DNA of 64,000 nt from Clostridiales bacterium (GTDB taxonomy: Bacteria; Bacillota; Clostridia; Lachnospirales; Lachnospiraceae): the NCBI GenBank assembly GCA_029338615.1, contig JAQYAS010000115.1, positions 5,640-69,639 on the forward strand. Reading direction: 5' to 3'. The notes beneath the pieces were generated by a model. It was not told the DNA's origin. It ran no database searches and was given only the letters and a program-made list of their open reading frames with translations. A program made the translations under genes and the position numbers. Numbering within the stretch: position 1 is the stretch's first letter; each line of letters opens with the position of its first letter. Shown here piece after piece: positions 1 to 10,732 of the stretch.

Positions 1-2
1 AG

Positions 3-491
3 GATCTTGGCGAGGCTCTCAGAAGAATCAACGAGGGTGCTTCAATGATCAGAACAAAGGGCGAGCCTGGTACAGGTGATATCGTTCAGGCCGTAAGACA
101 TATGAGAAAGATGAACAGCCAGATTGCTGAGATCGTCAGCATGAGAACAGATGAACTGTATGAGGCAGCCAAGAAACTTGAGGTTCCTTACGATCTCGTT
201 CAGTATGTACATGAGAATCACCGTCTTCCAGTTGTAAACTTCGCAGCCGGCGGTGTTGCTACTCCAGCTGATGCAGCTCTCATGATGCAGCTCGGTGCAG
301 AGGGTGTATTCGTAGGTTCAGGTATCTTCAAGTCAGGCGATCCTGCTAAGCGTGCTGCTGCCATCGTTCAGGCAACAACAAACTACAATGACGCTGACCT
401 CGTTGCAAAGCTTTCAGAGGGACTTGGCGAGGCTATGGTTGGTATCAACGAGCAGGAGATCGCAATCCTCATGGCAGAAAGGGGTAAGTAA
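3..491 (+). CDS. pdxS: pyridoxal 5'-phosphate synthase lyase subunit, 5'-truncated by the window edge
   Basis: Frame is open from position 3 ([25 protein letters not shown] ... [33 protein letters not shown]); adjacent to pdxT. Confidence 0.97.
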   Translation, partial: DLGEALRRINEGASMIRTKGEPGTGDIVQAVRHMRKMNSQIAEIVSMRTDELYEAAKKLEVPYDLVQYVHENHRLPVVNFAAGGVATPADAALMMQLGAEGVFVGSGIFKSGDPAKRAAAIVQATTNYNDADLVAKLSEGLGEAMVGINEQEIAILMAERGK

Positions 492-492
492 T

Positions 493-1053
493 ATGCAGGT
501 TGGTGTATTGGCAGTACAGGGAGCTTTTGCTGAGCATGAACACGTTCTCTCTGAGTTGGGTGTTCCATGCGTAGAACTGAGAAATGCCGGAGATCTTGAC
601 AAGCCTTATGACGCTCTGATCCTTCCCGGTGGCGAGAGTACAGTCCAGGGTAAACTGCTCAGAGACAGTGATATGTTCGACACTATAAAGTCTCAGATTG
701 AAGGTGGTATGCCGGTTCTTGCAACATGTGCAGGCCTTATTCTTCTGGCACAGCACATTGAGGACGATGACACTGTACACCTTGGCACTCTTCCTGTTAC
801 AGTAAAAAGAAATGCATATGGAAGACAGCTTGGAAGTTTCCACACAGTATCAGATATCAAAGGAATCGGAGAAGTCCCAATGACATTCATCCGTGCCCCA
901 TATGTGGCAGAAGCATCCCCTGAAGTCGACGTTATGGCAACCGTAGATGACAAGATCGTAGCTGTAAAATACGGCAAACAATTTGCCCTGTCTTTCCATC
1001 CGGAACTTGACAGTGATTACAGAATCCATAAGGCATTCATAGAAAGCATATAG
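493..1053 (+). CDS. pdxT: pyridoxal 5'-phosphate synthase glutaminase subunit
   Basis: ATG 1 nt after the pdxS stop; MQVGVLAVQG, ILPGGEST, ATCAGLILLA, RNAYGRQ, SFHPE motifs. Confidence 0.97.
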   Translation: MQVGVLAVQGAFAEHEHVLSELGVPCVELRNAGDLDKPYDALILPGGESTVQGKLLRDSDMFDTIKSQIEGGMPVLATCAGLILLAQHIEDDDTVHLGTLPVTVKRNAYGRQLGSFHTVSDIKGIGEVPMTFIRAPYVAEASPEVDVMATVDDKIVAVKYGKQFALSFHPELDSDYRIHKAFIESI

Positions 1054-1080
1054 TAATTTCTATTTGTGACAATTACAACA

Positions 1081-1120
1081 AAAAGACCTGTAGATAACAC
1101 ATTTCTACAGGTCTCTTATT
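1081..1120. terminator. bidirectional intrinsic terminator between convergent pdxT and yitT
   Basis: AGACCTGTAGA / TCTACAGGTCT stem flanked by A- and T-runs. Confidence 0.85.
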
Positions 1121-1124
1121 TTAT

Positions 1125-2099
1125 TTATGCGAATTTTTCCGACTCTCTGGTTTTATTTAATCCATCAAAATCTTTCATACTCTCATGCTCTGGAAGATCA
1201 TTCAATTGTTCTTTTTCATCTTCATCCTCAACCTTCTCAAGCATCTCTTTATATTCATTATCTTTTATATGATTTCCGATGATCTCTGCAACATCTGTTA
1301 CGGTCACAAATGCTGATGAATCTATTGAATTTATGATATTCTTCAATTCTCCTATCTCAAATCTTGTGATAACACAATATAGCACAGTTTTATTGCCGCT
1401 TATCATTCCTTTTCCCTGCATGATCGTCACAGTTCTTCCAAGCTGTTTGTATATCTTATCAGCGACCTCACGGGCATCATCCGTTATTATCATTGCCGCC
1501 TTAGCCTGGTCAAGCCCGGTCTCTACCATATCCAATACCTTGGATGTTATAAAGTATGTAAGCAGACTGTACATCGCCCTGTCCAGTCCAAACAGCAATC
1601 CGGCTATTGAATATATTACAAGATTCATCCCCAGAACAACTCTTCCAACCGGCCAGTTTTTTTTCTTATTCAGCATTATAGCCACCGTCTCTGTTCCATC
1701 TAGGCAGCCTCCAAACTTGATGATAATCCCTACACCAAGACCAAGTATGACGCCACCAAAACATACTGCTAGAATTGTCTCGGCCGTGGCATTCTCAAGA
1801 GGCTTAAACACCTCAACAAATACTGAAAATACAATCATGGAATAACCGGATTTTACAATGAACATCTTTCCCAGCTGCCTTGATCCAATTATCAAAAATG
1901 GTACATTGAGAACTATAGTCAGTATACTAAGTGATACCCCGGTAAGATTATTGATCATTATACCTATACCTATAACTCCGCCATCAAGTATGGTGTTTGG
2001 CACCAGAAACTCCTCTATGGCAAGTGCTGCTATAACCGCTCCAAATGTCAACATTACAAACTCCATCAGTGTTTTCAGTTTCTTTGTCATACTCATCAT
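1125..2099 (-). CDS. YitT/DUF2179 family membrane protein
   Basis: LDGGVIGIGI, GGCLDGTE and RTVTIMQGKG motifs; C-terminal IDSSAFVTV domain. Confidence 0.9.
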   Translation of the reverse strand: MMSMTKKLKTLMEFVMLTFGAVIAALAIEEFLVPNTILDGGVIGIGIMINNLTGVSLSILTIVLNVPFLIIGSRQLGKMFIVKSGYSMIVFSVFVEVFKPLENATAETILAVCFGGVILGLGVGIIIKFGGCLDGTETVAIMLNKKKNWPVGRVVLGMNLVIYSIAGLLFGLDRAMYSLLTYFITSKVLDMVETGLDQAKAAMIITDDAREVADKIYKQLGRTVTIMQGKGMISGNKTVLYCVITRFEIGELKNIINSIDSSAFVTVTDVAEIIGNHIKDNEYKEMLEKVEDEDEKEQLNDLPEHESMKDFDGLNKTRESEKFA

Positions 2100-2108
2100 C
2101 CTTTCATT

Positions 2109-4475
2109 CTATTCATTTTCTTCCTGATCTCTGTACCCTTTTACCTCCTTTTTCCCTTTTGAATCTATACTAACGATCACTGCTCCGTGATCTATGGTAC
2201 ATTCATGTTCTATTCCCAATCTGTTCATTCTGTCTATTGTCTCCTGATGTGGATGCCCGTATCTGTTACCAGCTCCGGCTGATATAACTGCAAGCTCAGG
2301 TTTTACCGACTCAAGAAAAATTTCACTTGATGAGTAACGGCTTCCATGATGCCCGGTCTTTAATATGTCTGCTCCAAGCACACCTTCTCTGTACATCGAC
2401 AGCAGCTTTTTTTCTCCCGTCTCCCCCAGATCTCCTGTGAATAACATTCTACAGTTTCTATATTGCATCATCATAACTGCAGACAACTCATTTGCATCCT
2501 GTATACCAGACAGCTCACCAGGATATAGATACACAAGCTCCATCTTCCCGGAAGAGATTGTATCTCCAGATTCCATATAGATAACATTTATCCCTCGGTA
2601 TTTTGCCAATGTTATTATTTCCTCCAGATCAGCTGCTCTCCCATACTTTGGTATCACCAGATTGTCTATAGATATACCTGACAGCTTATCACTCAGCAAA
2701 TATTGTATTCCTGATATGTGATCTTTATCACCATGCGTTACAAACGCATATGAAATATGTGATGCCCCATAATATTTTAGTACCGGAGCCATAACATATT
2801 CGCCCACCTGAGGATTATCTGTGGAGCCGCCGTCGATCAACATATTTATGCCGTTCTCCATACGTATGAGTGCACCATCCCCCTGGCCAACGTCCATAAA
2901 TACAACTTTGAATTCCCTGTCATCCATTTTATATTCACATACTATACCCAGACATATGAATATGATCGCAAATAGTATAAAAAATCTCCGTCTTTCTGCA
3001 GCCCATCTCGATATCAGCCATAAACTCACCACAAGCACTACATAAAATATACATACCATAGCCGGTGATATATGCCCAACATTTACACTATATCCGGGAA
3101 TACACATAAATAATCTGCATAACCATCTATAGAAACTCAGTATACACGATACCGGAACCGCCAGTATCTGTGCGGCACCAAGGCCGGCCGCTCCTACAGC
3201 CATTACTGCAATACTGAAAAACAGGACATACGTCACAAGTGGCACTATCACCAAATTCAACACAATAGAGTACACAGGAAATTGATAGTAGTAATAAATT
3301 ACAAGAGGAGCCGTGGCCAGAGTAACTGACACATTTATCAGCAGTGTTTCTGCTATATGACTCTTTACCTCAAAGATGGTCCTGAACATCGGACCCAAAA
3401 CCGCCATGCCGATCACAGCGGCAAATGATAATTGAAAACCAGCATCAAGGATTATATATGGATTGACAACTGCCTGTATAACTACCGCCACACCTGCAGA
3501 TGTGAGCATGTCTGAACTTCTGCCTTTTACCATTCCGATCATATTGATGATCATCATTATCACAGCTCTGCTGGTGGAACTGGCAAGCCCGGTCATAACT
3601 CCATACAACAGAACCACTGAGACAGCTATTCCACACGACCACAAATATGATCCGGTAATACGCCTTAACATCTTAAACAATGACATGCCCAATATTGCTA
3701 TATGTATGCCTGATATCGCCAGAATATGTGCTATTCCATTCTGTTGAAACAGTTTCTTTGTATCTTTATCCAGACCAGCTTTGTCCCCAAGAAGCATTGC
3801 CCTGACAACTGATGCATCCTCCTCTGCAAATACAGCGCCTATTATCCCGCCTGCTGCAGTCCTTATCTCATACAGTTTCTGTCTGATTAAATCTACATGC
3901 TTGCCGAGATCATATACCTCTATTATATCAGCCTGCATATATATCCCTCTGGACATATAATATCTGCGCATGTCAAATTCTCCCGGATTGGAGGCCTCCT
4001 TGAGTCTCGAAATATCTGCAAGACAGACAATCTCATTGCCTATTCTAACATCTTTGATGTCATCCACATAGGCAAAGATACAAGTCTTTACCATTTTTTT
4101 ACCATTGGAATTATCCATAGCCAGTCCGGATACACGTATAAACACCTGATATCCATTGTTTTTCTCACGAATATCATATATGCTTCCAGCAATCAGCATC
4201 CTGCTGTCGTCTTCGATACTCTGCGCCAACTCCATCTGATTTCTGACCGATCTGACATTTGTAAAACCTGTAAGCACTACACACAGGAAAATTCCAACAA
4301 AGGCGATATTTTGAACAAAATACCGCCTCTCTTTATGTCTGCTCCCAGATACTATAGTATATGCTGGGACAGCAACAACTAATAAGCAGGCCATAATAAC
4401 TGAACTGTCAACTGCCATTGCATACGCCTCTCCAAGCGCAAAGCACACTGCTATCCAGAATAATGGTCTCTTTAT
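2109..4475 (-). CDS. comEC: DNA internalization competence protein ComEC/Rec2 (probable ATA start at 4475; first canonical GTG at 4448)
   Basis: NPGEFD, HILAISGIHI, GFQLSF competence domain; metallo-beta-lactamase-fold tail DVGQGD, THGDKDH, KTGHHGS, NRYGHPH. AAGGAGG lies 8 nt upstream of an in-frame ATA, giving MKRPLFW. Confidence 0.95.
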   Translation of the reverse strand: MKRPLFWIAVCFALGEAYAMAVDSSVIMACLLVVAVPAYTIVSGSRHKERRYFVQNIAFVGIFLCVVLTGFTNVRSVRNQMELAQSIEDDSRMLIAGSIYDIREKNNGYQVFIRVSGLAMDNSNGKKMVKTCIFAYVDDIKDVRIGNEIVCLADISRLKEASNPGEFDMRRYYMSRGIYMQADIIEVYDLGKHVDLIRQKLYEIRTAAGGIIGAVFAEEDASVVRAMLLGDKAGLDKDTKKLFQQNGIAHILAISGIHIAILGMSLFKMLRRITGSYLWSCGIAVSVVLLYGVMTGLASSTSRAVIMMIINMIGMVKGRSSDMLTSAGVAVVIQAVVNPYIILDAGFQLSFAAVIGMAVLGPMFRTIFEVKSHIAETLLINVSVTLATAPLVIYYYYQFPVYSIVLNLVIVPLVTYVLFFSIAVMAVGAAGLGAAQILAVPVSCILSFYRWLCRLFMCIPGYSVNVGHISPAMVCIFYVVLVVSLWLISRWAAERRRFFILFAIIFICLGIVCEYKMDDREFKVVFMDVGQGDGALIRMENGINMLIDGGSTDNPQVGEYVMAPVLKYYGASHISYAFVTHGDKDHISGIQYLLSDKLSGISIDNLVIPKYGRAADLEEIITLAKYRGINVIYMESGDTISSGKMELVYLYPGELSGIQDANELSAVMMMQYRNCRMLFTGDLGETGEKKLLSMYREGVLGADILKTGHHGSRYSSSEIFLESVKPELAVISAGAGNRYGHPHQETIDRMNRLGIEHECTIDHGAVIVSIDSKGKKEVKGYRDQEENE

Positions 4476-4497
4476 ATAATTGTCCTCCTTATGAAAA

Positions 4498-5433
4498 TCA
4501 TCTTTCTACCCGTGAATAGTTTCCTGTATATTCATCTGACAATCTTGTAGTATTGATACTGTTATCACGGGAATCGTTTATAATTATCTTAACTCTTTCA
4601 ACATCAGAAAGCTGAACAAGGGAATCTACTATTGAGTATATAGTGATTTCATCATCTATCCCTTCTGTCCCCCTCATCATCTGACTGCTAAATGTTACTG
4701 TACACAGTCCATCCTTTACTTCTATATTCTCCACTACTACATCGGGATTCAGTGCAGCCCTTGCACCATCATACGCTGCCCTGAGACCGTCTATAACCTG
4801 CTCCTCCGGCGTTTTTACCGCCGCCAGGTCAAGCATCAGAACCTTCTTTACAAGAGTTTTTCCTTCTTCCCCGGGAATATATATTGCTGACTCCTCACTG
4901 GAATTAAGAACCGAGTCCAGATTTAAAAACGATTCCTCAGAATATTCCTCCCGAACTACATTGTTCTCATTTACTATATCCGCCATCTCATACGCAACGC
5001 TGCTCACTCCCTGTATCTGGCACAAAGATCTGACAAATGCCGACTTACAAAGGATCATATCATATGATGCAGTATTTTCCCAATCTACACTGAATATGAG
5101 TGTCACAGTTCCAGCCCCATTGTAGGTATATCTCTGATACGACATTCCAGCAGGCACTGGTGACTGCTGTGATTCTGAACCACCGCCCTCGATCAGACTC
5201 TTCACAACACTGTCAATAAGATTCCCCGTTGTCGCAAGCTGATCCATATCTACACGTTTGATGGAATAATCTGACCACTGGTTGTTGATATAATAAAGCA
5301 TCATTTCATTCGTCTCTCCAACAGATTCCTCCGACGTGCTCACTGTATTATTTTGTATTCCGCATCCTGCTGCCACCGTCACGATAGACATTATCACCAG
5401 CAGCAAAATGATATATCTGCCTGTTCTATTCAT
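4498..5433 (-). CDS. GerMN-domain lipoprotein
   Basis: Signal peptide with lipobox VAAG-C; two GerMN-like repeats ending in 'VRSLCQIQGVSSV' and 'IYSIVDSLVQLSDVERVKIIIN'. Confidence 0.8.
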   Translation of the reverse strand: MNRTGRYIILLLVIMSIVTVAAGCGIQNNTVSTSEESVGETNEMMLYYINNQWSDYSIKRVDMDQLATTGNLIDSVVKSLIEGGGSESQQSPVPAGMSYQRYTYNGAGTVTLIFSVDWENTASYDMILCKSAFVRSLCQIQGVSSVAYEMADIVNENNVVREEYSEESFLNLDSVLNSSEESAIYIPGEEGKTLVKKVLMLDLAAVKTPEEQVIDGLRAAYDGARAALNPDVVVENIEVKDGLCTVTFSSQMMRGTEGIDDEITIYSIVDSLVQLSDVERVKIIINDSRDNSINTTRLSDEYTGNYSRVER

Positions 5434-5445
5434 ATATATATTCCT

Positions 5446-6918
5446 TTATTGCTGTATACCGAGAGGCACCCTGACTGTAAATGTAGTTCCCTTTCCCGGC
5501 TCACTGTACACATTGATAGTTCCCTTGTGCAGAAGTATTATGTTCTTGGTTATAGCCAGTCCAAGACCTGTTCCACCTGTATCCCTGCTTCTGGCCTTGT
5601 CAACTCTATAAAATCTCTCAAATATTCTGTTGATACAATCCTCAGGTATACCTACTCCTGAATCCGCAACCTTTATATAGAAGTTCTTGTGATCTGAATT
5701 GAGTGATACTTTTATCCAGCCACCTTCTATATTATATTTGATTCCATTTTCTATGATATTAGATATTGCAAGTGTAAATTTTACCTTATCAATATCAGCC
5801 TGAACATCTGTGAAGCTTTCAAACGTCAACTGTATGCTCCTCTTCTCTGCCAGAGGTTTAAGTCTCTTAAGTATAAGCTCCATAAATTCATTCATATCAA
5901 CATTTTCTTTATTCAGGCTGTCAGGACCCTTATCTGTCTTGACCAGTGTCAACAGATCACTTATGATCTCCGCCTCTCTGTCTATCTCCTGAACTATATC
6001 TTCCATAAACTCTCTGTACATCTCTGCAGGAACATCATTCTGTGTTAGAAGAGACTCTGACAAAACCTTCATGGAAGTTATTGGTGTTTTTAGCTCATGT
6101 GACACATTTGATACGAATTCCTGCCTGGAATCCTCCAGTATCTGTGTTCTGTGGAATATGTCATTGATATCAAGAGTGAGTTCCCGCATCTCACGGAACA
6201 TACCTTCCGGCTCCATCTGCTCCAGACTTCCACCCTTCATGCCCTCTATCTTGGTCTTCACTCGGGTTATATCTCTGACAGATATCTTTGCAACAACAAA
6301 TGCAACCACAATTCCCAGTATAACAGCCAAAGAATACAGATAATTGATACTCTTATTCATATGATCTGCGCTGTCATTAAGTATTCCAGTATCTACACTT
6401 ACAACTGCAACAGAACCAACGTGTCCATCACTGTTTACTATCGGTATGATCTTTTCATACATGTTGTCATCTCGATTTACTACAAAATCCTTTTCTCCTG
6501 ACATAACCATGTATACATTCTCATCCACCACATTTCTGTCTGTATCTCTACCATATGTATCGAGAATTATCCTGTAGTCATTGTCTATCACAAAAACACG
6601 TCCCGATAGAGAATAAGCCATGGATTTGATCTCACCCACGGCTTTATCTATATCCTCATCTGCCGCATTGTAAGAGTTCACTGTATGAACTATGTAATCA
6701 CAGCACATATCAACGTTCTTCTCAAACTCAGATTCATTTCTGTTCCTGGTTGTCACTGAAAGCACCATCAGCACTACAAATGAGATAACAGCAACACTCA
6801 TCGCAACTGCCAAAGTAATAATTGCTCTCTGACTTATCCGGATCTTTCTGGCAGACTTTGTCCTGTTATTCGATTGTTCCTTTTCTGTCTCTTCTACTAT
6901 CTGCTTATGCTTTTCCAT
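5446..6918 (-). CDS. sensor histidine kinase (2 TM, extracellular domain, HAMP-HisKA-HATPase)
   Basis: FVSNVSHELKTPITS H-box; NIIENGIKYN, DSGVGIP, FERFYRVDKARSRDTGGTGLGL boxes. Confidence 0.95.
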   Translation of the reverse strand: MEKHKQIVEETEKEQSNNRTKSARKIRISQRAIITLAVAMSVAVISFVVLMVLSVTTRNRNESEFEKNVDMCCDYIVHTVNSYNAADEDIDKAVGEIKSMAYSLSGRVFVIDNDYRIILDTYGRDTDRNVVDENVYMVMSGEKDFVVNRDDNMYEKIIPIVNSDGHVGSVAVVSVDTGILNDSADHMNKSINYLYSLAVILGIVVAFVVAKISVRDITRVKTKIEGMKGGSLEQMEPEGMFREMRELTLDINDIFHRTQILEDSRQEFVSNVSHELKTPITSMKVLSESLLTQNDVPAEMYREFMEDIVQEIDREAEIISDLLTLVKTDKGPDSLNKENVDMNEFMELILKRLKPLAEKRSIQLTFESFTDVQADIDKVKFTLAISNIIENGIKYNIEGGWIKVSLNSDHKNFYIKVADSGVGIPEDCINRIFERFYRVDKARSRDTGGTGLGLAITKNIILLHKGTINVYSEPGKGTTFTVRVPLGIQQ

Positions 6919-6919
6919 A

Positions 6920-7606
6920 TCAACCCTTGAAGAAATATCCTACTCCCCATTTTGTATGAATGTAAACCGGCTCACCTGGGTTCGCCTCTATCTTCTCTCG
7001 AAGTCTTCTCACATGAACATCCACTGTTCTTGCATCACCTGGATACGAATCTCCCCATATCGTGCTGAGAAGTTCATTTCTGGAATATACCTTATTCGGA
7101 TGTGCCATCAATAATTCCAGCAGATCAAATTCCTTTGCAGTAAGATTAAGCTCTTTTCCACCCACAAATACACGTCTGCTATCCAGCTCGACTTTCATTC
7201 CATTGATCTCCATTACATTTGCCGGTTTTACAGGAGCCTGCTTTCTGTTGCTTCTTCTGAGTATTGCTTTGATCCTTGCCTTGACTTCCAGTATATTAAA
7301 CGGTTTAGTAATATAATCATCCGCACCATACTCCAACCCCATTATCTTATCCATATCCTCGCCCTTAGCTGTGAGCATGATGATCGGTACATTTGAAAAC
7401 TCCCTCACCATCTGACATACTTCTATACCTGTATATACCGGGATCATTATATCCAATAACACTATATCATATGCATTATTTCTGATCTTCTCTATAGCTT
7501 CGCCTCCATCATATGCAGTATCCACTTCCATGTCATCCTGCTCAAGGCTGAACTTCAATCCTTTTACAATTAACTTCTCATCATCTACAACCAGAACCTT
7601 CTTCAT
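6920..7606 (-). CDS. OmpR/PhoB-family response regulator (WalR-like)
   Basis: LVVDDE, LLDIMIP, GADDYITKPF receiver; winged helix RTVDVHVRRLREKIE ... WGVGYFF; TGA-T-ATG coupling to the kinase. Confidence 0.95.
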   Translation of the reverse strand: MKKVLVVDDEKLIVKGLKFSLEQDDMEVDTAYDGGEAIEKIRNNAYDIVLLDIMIPVYTGIEVCQMVREFSNVPIIMLTAKGEDMDKIMGLEYGADDYITKPFNILEVKARIKAILRRSNRKQAPVKPANVMEINGMKVELDSRRVFVGGKELNLTAKEFDLLELLMAHPNKVYSRNELLSTIWGDSYPGDARTVDVHVRRLREKIEANPGEPVYIHTKWGVGYFFKG

Positions 7607-7688
7607 GTCTTAATCCTTTCTCACATGCAATCTGATAAAACTTCAATCACTGCTAAAAGCCAGAAAACCGGCGCCCCTCACGCTTTTG

Positions 7689-8285
7689 TCAATCGACAGT
7701 AATATACTCTTCAAGCCCTTCGTATATATTGTCCCCTATACCACTGACATTCTTCAACTCTTCTATGTTGGCAAAGCTTCCGTGAGATTGTCTGTATGCT
7801 ACTATTCGTTCTGCCCTGGTCTCCCCTATTCCAGGCAGACTGGTAAGTTCACTTGTACCAGCCGTATTGATATTGATCACACTCTGGCCATCACTATCAT
7901 TCCCAAGGGAGTAGTCTGTCACTTCTCCGAGTCTGGGGAAATAAACTTTCTCTCCATCCTGTACCTTTGCTGCCAGATTGATATTATCTGTATCTGCATC
8001 TTCTGCAAATCCACCTGCAGCAACAAGCGCATCATTGACCCTGGAATTACTGCCCAGTTCATATACACCTTCATGTACAACTGCACCACACACATACACA
8101 GTTACCACGGCATCTTCTTTTTCCTCCGTATCCATCCCCGTATATGTCTCACTGATATCCACCGACAATGATGTATCATCTGGTACTTTACTGACCGTAA
8201 CCTGTTCCATACCACAGCCCGAACACAACGCACACATCAATAGAACATACAATTCATATGCTATTTTTCTTATATTAATTCCCAA
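7689..8285 (-). CDS. comEA: competence DNA receptor ComEA (SLBB plus helix-hairpin-helix), TTG start
   Basis: VYVCGAVVHEGVY, INLAAKVQDGEKVYFP, ININTA...LPGIGETRAERIVAYR...F..IEELKNVSGIG; GGAGGTG 8 nt before TTG at 8285. Confidence 0.93.
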   Translation of the reverse strand: MGINIRKIAYELYVLLMCALCSGCGMEQVTVSKVPDDTSLSVDISETYTGMDTEEKEDAVVTVYVCGAVVHEGVYELGSNSRVNDALVAAGGFAEDADTDNINLAAKVQDGEKVYFPRLGEVTDYSLGNDSDGQSVININTAGTSELTSLPGIGETRAERIVAYRQSHGSFANIEELKNVSGIGDNIYEGLEEYITVD

Positions 8286-8457
8286 TAGGCTGACACCTCC
8301 TGCGCCTGCCCGGAAATACACAGATTTATTGTATCTAAACCCCCTCTAATTTACAACAATATATTTCTATTTTATTTCATTTTTGTTACTTTTTTCACAA
8401 ATAAGCCTATTTGCGCTCTTTTGATTGATACTTTTTACAATATGAACAAATAACAAA

Positions 8458-8508
8458 AGAACAGTACATGACATCGTTGTAATCCATTCAACGGTCATGT
8501 ACTGTTCT
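8458..8508 (-). terminator. terminator of the argCJB transcript
   Basis: 15-bp arms AGAACAGTACATGAC / GTCATGTACTGTTCT followed by a T-rich tract on the minus strand. Confidence 0.8.
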
Positions 8509-8574
8509 ATATTCATTTATGTCGATATTATCAGGCTGATTTTATCTTTCTGTAACAAATTGCATCAGCATCTA

Positions 8575-9465
8575 TCAGAATAAAGGCTCCTTGAGAATTG
8601 CAGTTCCGATACCCTTCTGAGTAAAGAACTCAAGAAGCAGGCAGTGCTGAAGACGACCATCAAGTATATGTACTCTGGAAACTCCATTCTCCATTGCGGA
8701 GATACAATTGTTCAGCTTTGGAAGCATACCGCCACCGACAACGCCCTTCTCTATTATCTCCTTTGCTTCATGTATATCCATCTCTGAGATGAGTGTTGAC
8801 TTATCTGTAGGATCGATAAATACACCTTCGATATCTGTGAGGAATACGAGTTTCTCAGCTTCAAGAGCTGTGGCAACTGCACATGCTGCGTCATCCGCAT
8901 TGATGTTGTAATCCTCATAATTCTCATCCACGCCTATAGGTGCGATAACCGGAATGAAATCGTCCTCGATGAGCGATGTGAGCAGTGATGTATCAACCTT
9001 TGTTATCTCTCCCACATAACCTATATCCTTGCCACCAGGGAACTTCTTCTTGACTGTGAACATACCGCCGTCCTTGCCGCTGATTCCGACAGCCTTGAGT
9101 CCTATCTTCTGCATGAGACTTACAAGACTCTTGTTGACCTTGCCGAGAACCATCTCTGCGATCTCCATCGTCTCTGCATCTGTCACACGGAGACCGTTGA
9201 TAAATTCTGCCTCCTTGCCAACCTTCTCGACCCATTTGCTGATCTCCTTGCCGCCTCCATGTACGATAACCGGCTTCATACCTACAAGCTTCAACATGGC
9301 AACGTCCTTGATTACGTTGTACTTGAGATTCTCGTCAAGCATGGCACTTCCGCCGTACTTCACAACCACTGTCTTTCCCTGGAATTTCTTGATATACGGC
9401 ATAGCCTCTATCAGTGTCTGTGCCTTCTCAATTACCTGATCTACTGTGTAATCACCTATAACCAT
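8575..9465 (-). CDS. argB: acetylglutamate kinase
   Basis: [32 protein letters not shown]; start placed at the ATG after AAGAAGGA. Confidence 0.97.
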   Translation of the reverse strand: MVIGDYTVDQVIEKAQTLIEAMPYIKKFQGKTVVVKYGGSAMLDENLKYNVIKDVAMLKLVGMKPVIVHGGGKEISKWVEKVGKEAEFINGLRVTDAETMEIAEMVLGKVNKSLVSLMQKIGLKAVGISGKDGGMFTVKKKFPGGKDIGYVGEITKVDTSLLTSLIEDDFIPVIAPIGVDENYEDYNINADDAACAVATALEAEKLVFLTDIEGVFIDPTDKSTLISEMDIHEAKEIIEKGVVGGGMLPKLNNCISAMENGVSRVHILDGRLQHCLLLEFFTQKGIGTAILKEPLF

Positions 9466-9484
9466 TTTTTTGTCCTTCTTTCTT

Positions 9485-10711
9485 CTATTTTCTATAATCC
9501 GCATTTATCTTTATATAATCATATGTGAGATCACACCCCCATGCTGTGGCTGTCTCATCCCCCATATTCATATGTGCCTTGAGCTTTATCTGCTTCTCTG
9601 AGAGTATGTGGCTGGCTTCCTTCTCATCGTAATCAGTTGTCACACCATGCTTAACTATCTCAAGATGTCCTGCCACACTGGCTATCTCTATATCAACCCT
9701 GTACGGATCAAACTTCACACCGCTCTGTCCCATGGCGCATACTATTCTGCCCCAGTTGGCATCAGCACCATACATGGCACACTTTACAAGATTGGAGGCG
9801 ACTATCGCCTTTGCCAGATGCCTTGCAGTATCCTTATCCGGCATGCCCGACACATCCACCTGAAACATCTTGGTAGCGCCCTCTCCGTCCGAGGCTATCG
9901 CTCTGACAAATGCTCTGTTGATATATCTTATCGCCTCGACAAATGCAGGGAAATCATCATCGGTCTCCAGCAGTTCCTCGTTGCCCGCCATGCCATTTGC
10001 AAATATCATGACAGTGTCGTTGGTGGACATATCACCATCCACAGACACCATATTGTATGTATCAACCACATCAGCCTTAAGCACCTTGTCTAGCAGCTCT
10101 GAGCTGATATTCAGATCAGTCGTGATGAAACTGAGTACGGTTCCGAGGTTTGGATTTATCATTCCTGATCCCTTGCACATGCCTCCTATGGTTACCTGCT
10201 GTCCCTTGATCTCTAAAGTTACGGCTATCTCCTTCTTATAGATATCCGTCGTTTTTATCGCCTCAGCCGCATCAGCTCCGGCATCTATCGAGTATGAAAG
10301 TTCCGGCACCAGCATTTCTATGCCGCTCTGTATGACATCCATCGGAAGTCTCATTCCTATGACTCCGGTGGAAGCCACCGCCACCATGGCCGGATCTATG
10401 CAAAGGCTCTTACCTACATGAGTAGCCATGGCCTCCGCATCACGGATTCCCTGCTCTCCTGTACAGGTATTTGCCACACCGCTGTTCACCACCAGAGCCT
10501 GACACATTTCCACATTCTGGCAAAGCCGCCTGTCGTATATGACCGGAGCTGCCTGAACCATGTTCTGTGTAAATGCACCAGCAACATGAGCCGGAACATC
10601 GCTCACCAGAAGTGCCATATCTTTTTTCAGTTTATTTCTTCTTATTCCAACGTGAAGTCCCGCTGCCCTAAAGCCCGCAGGGGCTGTCACGCCTCCCGGA
10701 ATTATCTTCAT
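9485..10711 (-). CDS. argJ: bifunctional ornithine acetyltransferase / N-acetylglutamate synthase
   Basis: [56 protein letters not shown]. Confidence 0.97.
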   Translation of the reverse strand: MKIIPGGVTAPAGFRAAGLHVGIRRNKLKKDMALLVSDVPAHVAGAFTQNMVQAAPVIYDRRLCQNVEMCQALVVNSGVANTCTGEQGIRDAEAMATHVGKSLCIDPAMVAVASTGVIGMRLPMDVIQSGIEMLVPELSYSIDAGADAAEAIKTTDIYKKEIAVTLEIKGQQVTIGGMCKGSGMINPNLGTVLSFITTDLNISSELLDKVLKADVVDTYNMVSVDGDMSTNDTVMIFANGMAGNEELLETDDDFPAFVEAIRYINRAFVRAIASDGEGATKMFQVDVSGMPDKDTARHLAKAIVASNLVKCAMYGADANWGRIVCAMGQSGVKFDPYRVDIEIASVAGHLEIVKHGVTTDYDEKEASHILSEKQIKLKAHMNMGDETATAWGCDLTYDYIKINADYRK

Positions 10712-10732
10712 CCTACCACCTTATTTCCAAAT

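Noticed and set aside
8286-8457. ComX/SigH/ComK-type competence promoter upstream of comEA
   Set aside because: I found no TACGAATA cin-box, AGGA..GAAT SigH pair or convincing K-box.
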